From contig NC_092354.1 of assembly GCF_963676685.1 (NCBI RefSeq), positions 35,774,001 to 35,838,000 on the forward strand: DNA of 64,000 bases. The letters run 5' to 3'. Source of the stretch: Mytilus edulis. Its lineage: Eukaryota. A model generated the notes under the pieces. The model did no database searches, was not told where the DNA came from, and saw only the letters and a list, made by a program, of their open reading frames with translations. Numbering within the stretch: position 1 is the stretch's first letter; every line of letters starts with the position of its first letter. This document shows, in pieces, positions 59,565 to 64,000 of the stretch. The translations under genes were made by a program, and so were the position numbers.

Positions 59565-61100
59565 AATAAGGCCCAGACAAAACAAAACATAAACAAATTC
59601 CAACAAAACACTGACAGCCTAATTTATCAACACGACTACAAAAGAACAAATATAATATTCGCATACTGACTTCAGATGCACATACAGAATAAGGTAGGGT
59701 TTTGTCTAGGCGTGGTTAAATATGTTAAAAGAAAATGAGGGGGGGGGGGGGCTAAATCCTCCTTCATTATCATATCAATTAATTAAATAAGTTATGACTT
59801 TTGCAAGGTTAATTTTATTCTTATCTATGATATCTTGATAGGCTGATTTTTTTGTTTGTTACTAGATAATAACATTATAAATTGATCACCAGAAATGATT
59901 AGCAGGTGCTCACAACAAATAAACAACAATTTTTACGAAGCAACCCTGTGACAGTGCCGCAGCTATCGGGAATGCAAGTGGTAAAAGTGGTAGCATACGT
60001 ACTAATTCATTTCATCCGCTCCTCTATCAATATTTAAAAATGAAAGTCAATTATGCCTTTTTTAATTTCCCCCATCTGAACACGTGTAGCATGTTTGCCA
60101 AAGCTAAACTCGTTTTTTTCTAACTCTCCACCTTTTTTCATCTACTAAAATGGATGAATTACAAAGTAAACAACTTACATTCATTAATGCTTACATATTT
60201 TGTAGCTGTCACTTACTTTTGTCGGTATATTTCCACACATTAGAGAAAATAATTGCTCCGGCAAGGTGCTTCCATTCTGCAAACTTCCAAGCATCTAATG
60301 ACGGCGATTTGGGGTCGATCGGCTTCTCATTGGTTGCTACTCGGAAGTAGGCGGGGTGTAATCCCGGCAATAAAAACATCTATTGCAACCATTTATTATA
60401 TATTTTCAACAAAAAAATGCCGTAATCTTGTTTTAATAATCAAATGACATCATACCAGTATCCCTTTTTTATCCGCATGCCTGCATGCAGTTTGTATTTT
60501 ACAATTTTATCGATGGACGCTGCTTACGGAATCCGCCATTGATGAATATATAATGAGGTAATTGCGGAGTTACCTTCCCCTGACAAAAATTCCGCGAAAT
60601 TCGGCGAAATTGCCTTAACATCACTGCGCAATTATCAAAAAGATTTCTAAAATGAATCATGCTAACAGAACTATATGGTAAGGGATTGATTTTGGGGGTT
60701 CTATGGTTCAATGCAAATTCTAAGTTTGTGATAATCTCAAGTTTAACATGAACCACTAATGAATGCTAGGTCATTGGTATTATACTTTAACTTGATTTAA
60801 CGATTCAAATAATGACTTCAATACCCTGCGTCAATTTGCAACAGACGAGACATATCTCTGTGTTAACAGTTTATTTTATATTTTTCTTCCAATTTTGATG
60901 TGTTTTTTTAATCTCAGTTCTATAAAACTATCCTTTTTAATGAAACCTCTGGACAGCTTACGTACTTGTATAGCAATTCAAAGTTCAAAGATATCTCGGA
61001 TGACAAACTATACAAGCTTATCAACAATCGAGCAAAGAGATGTCCAACGTATCCTTAAAAGTTCAATCAAATTCATCATAGATACCAGATTTTAATATTT

Positions 61101-61144
61101 ACGTAAGACGCGCGTTTCGTCTTTACAAGACTCATCAGTGACGC
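61101..61144 (-). ncRNA. Type I hammerhead ribozyme within a retrozyme remnant (about 61075-61365)
   Basis: Minus strand GCGTCA-CTGATGA-GTCTT/GTA/AAGAC-GAAA-CGCGCG-TC-TTACGT; one mismatch in stem I. Confidence 0.75.
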
Positions 61145-61397
61145 TCGATCAAATATGTTTTAAAAGGCCAAATAGAGTACGAAGTTGAAGAGCATTGAGG
61201 AACAAAAATTCCTAAATGTTTTGCCAAATACAGCTACGGTAATTTATTTCCTGAGGTAGAAAAGCCTATTCAAAGTTGAACACAGTTCATTCATAATTAT
61301 GAATATATCAATGATTTTAAGTAAACACATAAGTGCTGACTACTGGGATGGTGCTATCCTGGGCAAAATAAATCAACCAGATGGCATGCTCACGTAA

Positions 61398-61641
61398 GGC
61401 AGCAAACATTTGATTTTCTTGTGGGGGATGGATCTTTTTTTTTCCAGTTTTTGGAGAACAAAATAATTTGCTTTTGACCTTGAGAAAAATAAAATTTTGT
61501 TTCACCCTCAGCTGCCACTATATGTAATGCTAAAATTGAGAGAGAAAAAATGATTTCAACTTGTCGATAAAAAAAATAGATTGTTTTTCGCCGAAGAAAA
61601 AATCCATAGCTCTCCCCCCAGAAAATCAAATGGTTGCTGCC
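61398..61641. mobile_element. PIF/Harbinger-type MITE
   Basis: TIRs GGCAGCAAACATTTGATTTTCT / AGAAAATCAAATGGTTGCTGCC with TAA on both flanks; related sequence at about 13690-13885. Confidence 0.7.
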
Positions 61642-62466
61642 TAAGCAGTTGTCATCAGTTCGTCAGTGTGATCTTTTGATCGTGATTATTACTTCTATTT
61701 TATAATGAAAAAATACTATTGTATTTAGCAACACTTTTCGAGGCAGAATATGTAGTAAAATCCCAAGATAAAATTGAACTAAGATATATTCGACAAAGAA
61801 AAGACCCCTACCAAAAGTTTATCGTCAACATCCATAATACTACCTCGTCAATTGAGAAATGGACCTACAGTTGATATATATTTATAATCAATCCTCCACA
61901 AATTCAATTTTAAAATATTCATAGTATAGGGAACCCGAAGGGTGACTGAGGAAACGAAATATGGTCAGTAAAACGTTTGCCGTTTGGCTGTGCGGGATGT
62001 ATCAAGTTCGCAATCATGTCCGATTCGGGACGTTAGATGGGATGCCTCGTCTAAAGAGAATGCCACTTTTTAGCACGTTGAGAACCCTTGCAACAACTCT
62101 TTCAGGAGTCAGTAGGCTGTTGCAAGGCAACATTTCTATTGCTATCCAATAAACCCTCATTTTCCAGTGGCAGTCCAAAGAACTAAAACTGTTCCGCTAC
62201 ATAAATAAGTGTTTAAATGGCCACAAATTTGTCATTTCTATAAAGGCAAGATGCGTGTGATGCTATGTGAAGTAGATTTTGTGTGGTGTTGACGTAACCT
62301 TTTTCTTACTCGATTTTCACATCTTAAAAAGGAAGACTATCGGAATGTTGAAAGTAAATTTCTTCCTTGTTCTCCTCAGGTGATTTCTAATTATATTACT
62401 CTATAATGTGAATATCGGACAAAGAGATTATTTGACCAACATTTAATGCTGTCTTAGATACACAAC

Positions 62467-63020
62467 ATTGAATTTTCACTTGAGCCTCACACAACATAGG
62501 GCTAGTTAATTGTTTGCAACTTTACATACTATTGATTGCTATATTACTGTGACATATATTTTGTTGTCTTTACATTACAGTGTCAGCCTCCAATGCCGTT
62601 GAAAGAAAAAGTGTCAAGTTTATCCATATGTTTTTATAAACAGATATGCACAGTACAGATATTCCGGCGCTGGAAAATGTTGAGTTTGACAGTATTGAAT
62701 TTGTGTGCTTACAGGTAAGGAAGAGTTCATGGACAAATATCAACCGTTACATTGGTGTTTCTAAATTGTCAAAATACTAACAAAAAAATTACTTTTTTAA
62801 TGAATAGGCTACATAAATTGATGCACATCAACTGTTGTGTTGTTAAATGTCTAAATTTAAAACAGTGTATTAATGTGTCTGGAATTTCTGGTTTTATCAT
62901 TTGTATCGAACATACACATTCTTGTATATTTCACGTCAAGTTGAATCTCAGGCATGTGTTTTAGTTTCCCTGACAGTATTTTAAGCTGAACTTACATAAT
63001 AACATACTTAAATACAAACT
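62467..63020 (+). repeat. Diverged paralogue of 19421-19630 plus 25680-25990, including the micro-exon
   Basis: Colinear blocks ATTGAATTTTCACTTGAGCC, TGTCAGCCTCC, TGATGCACATCAACTGTTG and CAGGCATGTGTT. Confidence 0.8.
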
Positions 63021-64000
63021 GTTGGTACCATTACCCCGAAAATCAATCCCAACCTTCCTTTTTGGTATTGAACCTTGTAGTAAAATTTCATGGATACTAT
63101 GTAATTATCCGGAAACCATATTTGTCGACATACATCGCTTACGACGACATCATGCCATAATACGCCTCAATTTTTTTCTTCGAACTTATAAAAATCAGGA
63201 CGCTGTTTTTTTACTTTTTAATTGTTTAACATTTTACAATGTGGGTTTTTATTTTAAAATAGCTTATTACAATATATGTGGTAATCATTTTGGCTAAAGG
63301 TTGAAAGCAAACCACTGAACTGTCATTGTTCATACAGATAGTTTTCATGGGCAATCTTAGCACATCTCTTTATTTTTACATGATAATCATTGTAAAAATC
63401 AGTCATGGTTATTTGTGAAAACCCTTCATAGAATTTACTGAAACTTGAATATGAGCTAAACCATTTTTATGATTAAAAATTTCAAAATACTTTTATTTCC
63501 TGTATCTAATTGATTAAGGATTTTAGTTTTTTTAAGTTTACATTTACCGGTAGCTACTTTCTAGGGTTAAATATAAAACCAAGGGTGCACAGACATGAAA
63601 ACTAAGCAAGATGATTTATATCACTCATTTATCTTGGAAAGTTGAATTGTCAGTTTGGTTCTCAGAAGAGGGTTTTTTTCTGAAAAAAAAAGGTATACTA
63701 TTAATTTATACAATATTGTTAAACAAGAGGTTTACTAGCAAATAATTTTTATGATGAATACCGTACATCTTTATTCAAGCATTGATACACACATAGCATG
63801 AAAGTTTGAAATTATTCATTGGTAAAATAGTTCATGGCTTGCAATTTAAAAATATAAATATCAATAATTTAAGAAATGATAAGTCAATTTGTTACACAAC
63901 CATGACAACCCTGATATTTAAGATGAGTTCTGAAAATATGTCAGTTGTTCTGTAGAACCTTGTTGACTTACGTTTCAACTGAAAGTTCAGTTAAAGAAAT

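Overview
AT-rich eukaryotic DNA with GT-AG exon remnants. The repeat content points to a bivalve mollusc, most likely Mytilus (inference from recognised repeat families, not a database hit). No intact conventional host gene, rRNA, tRNA or CRISPR array is visible; the window is a dense set of nested mobile elements. Two young full-length retroelements stand out. (i) A Gypsy-type LTR retrotransposon (19982-25664, minus) has CG...CG LTR termini, a 3-bp TSD and a tRNA-Leu PBS (Troyka-like). Its LTRs are nearly identical, yet gag-pol has an in-frame stop, an RT Asp>Tyr change and a DD35D integrase. (ii) An I-group/Nimb-like LINE (47582-53749, minus) has a 12-bp TSD, an intact APE-RT-RNaseH ORF2, a TAATG ORF1/ORF2 overlap and a long structured 5' UTR. 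The window also holds several type I hammerhead ribozymes, including a complete 356-nt retrozyme unit (44151-44602). Other contents: a SINE sharing the LINE tail; non-autonomous Helentrons; AcademH-like helicase/transposase remnants and MITEs; an LTR end carrying tandem C2H2 zinc-finger accessory ORFs; and decayed Tx1, RTE-X, Penelope-like, Crypton, piggyBac, KDZ, Sola-like and EnSpm-like fragments. A BEN-domain gene is split by a three-level nested insertion, and duplicated 33-nt micro-exons are present.
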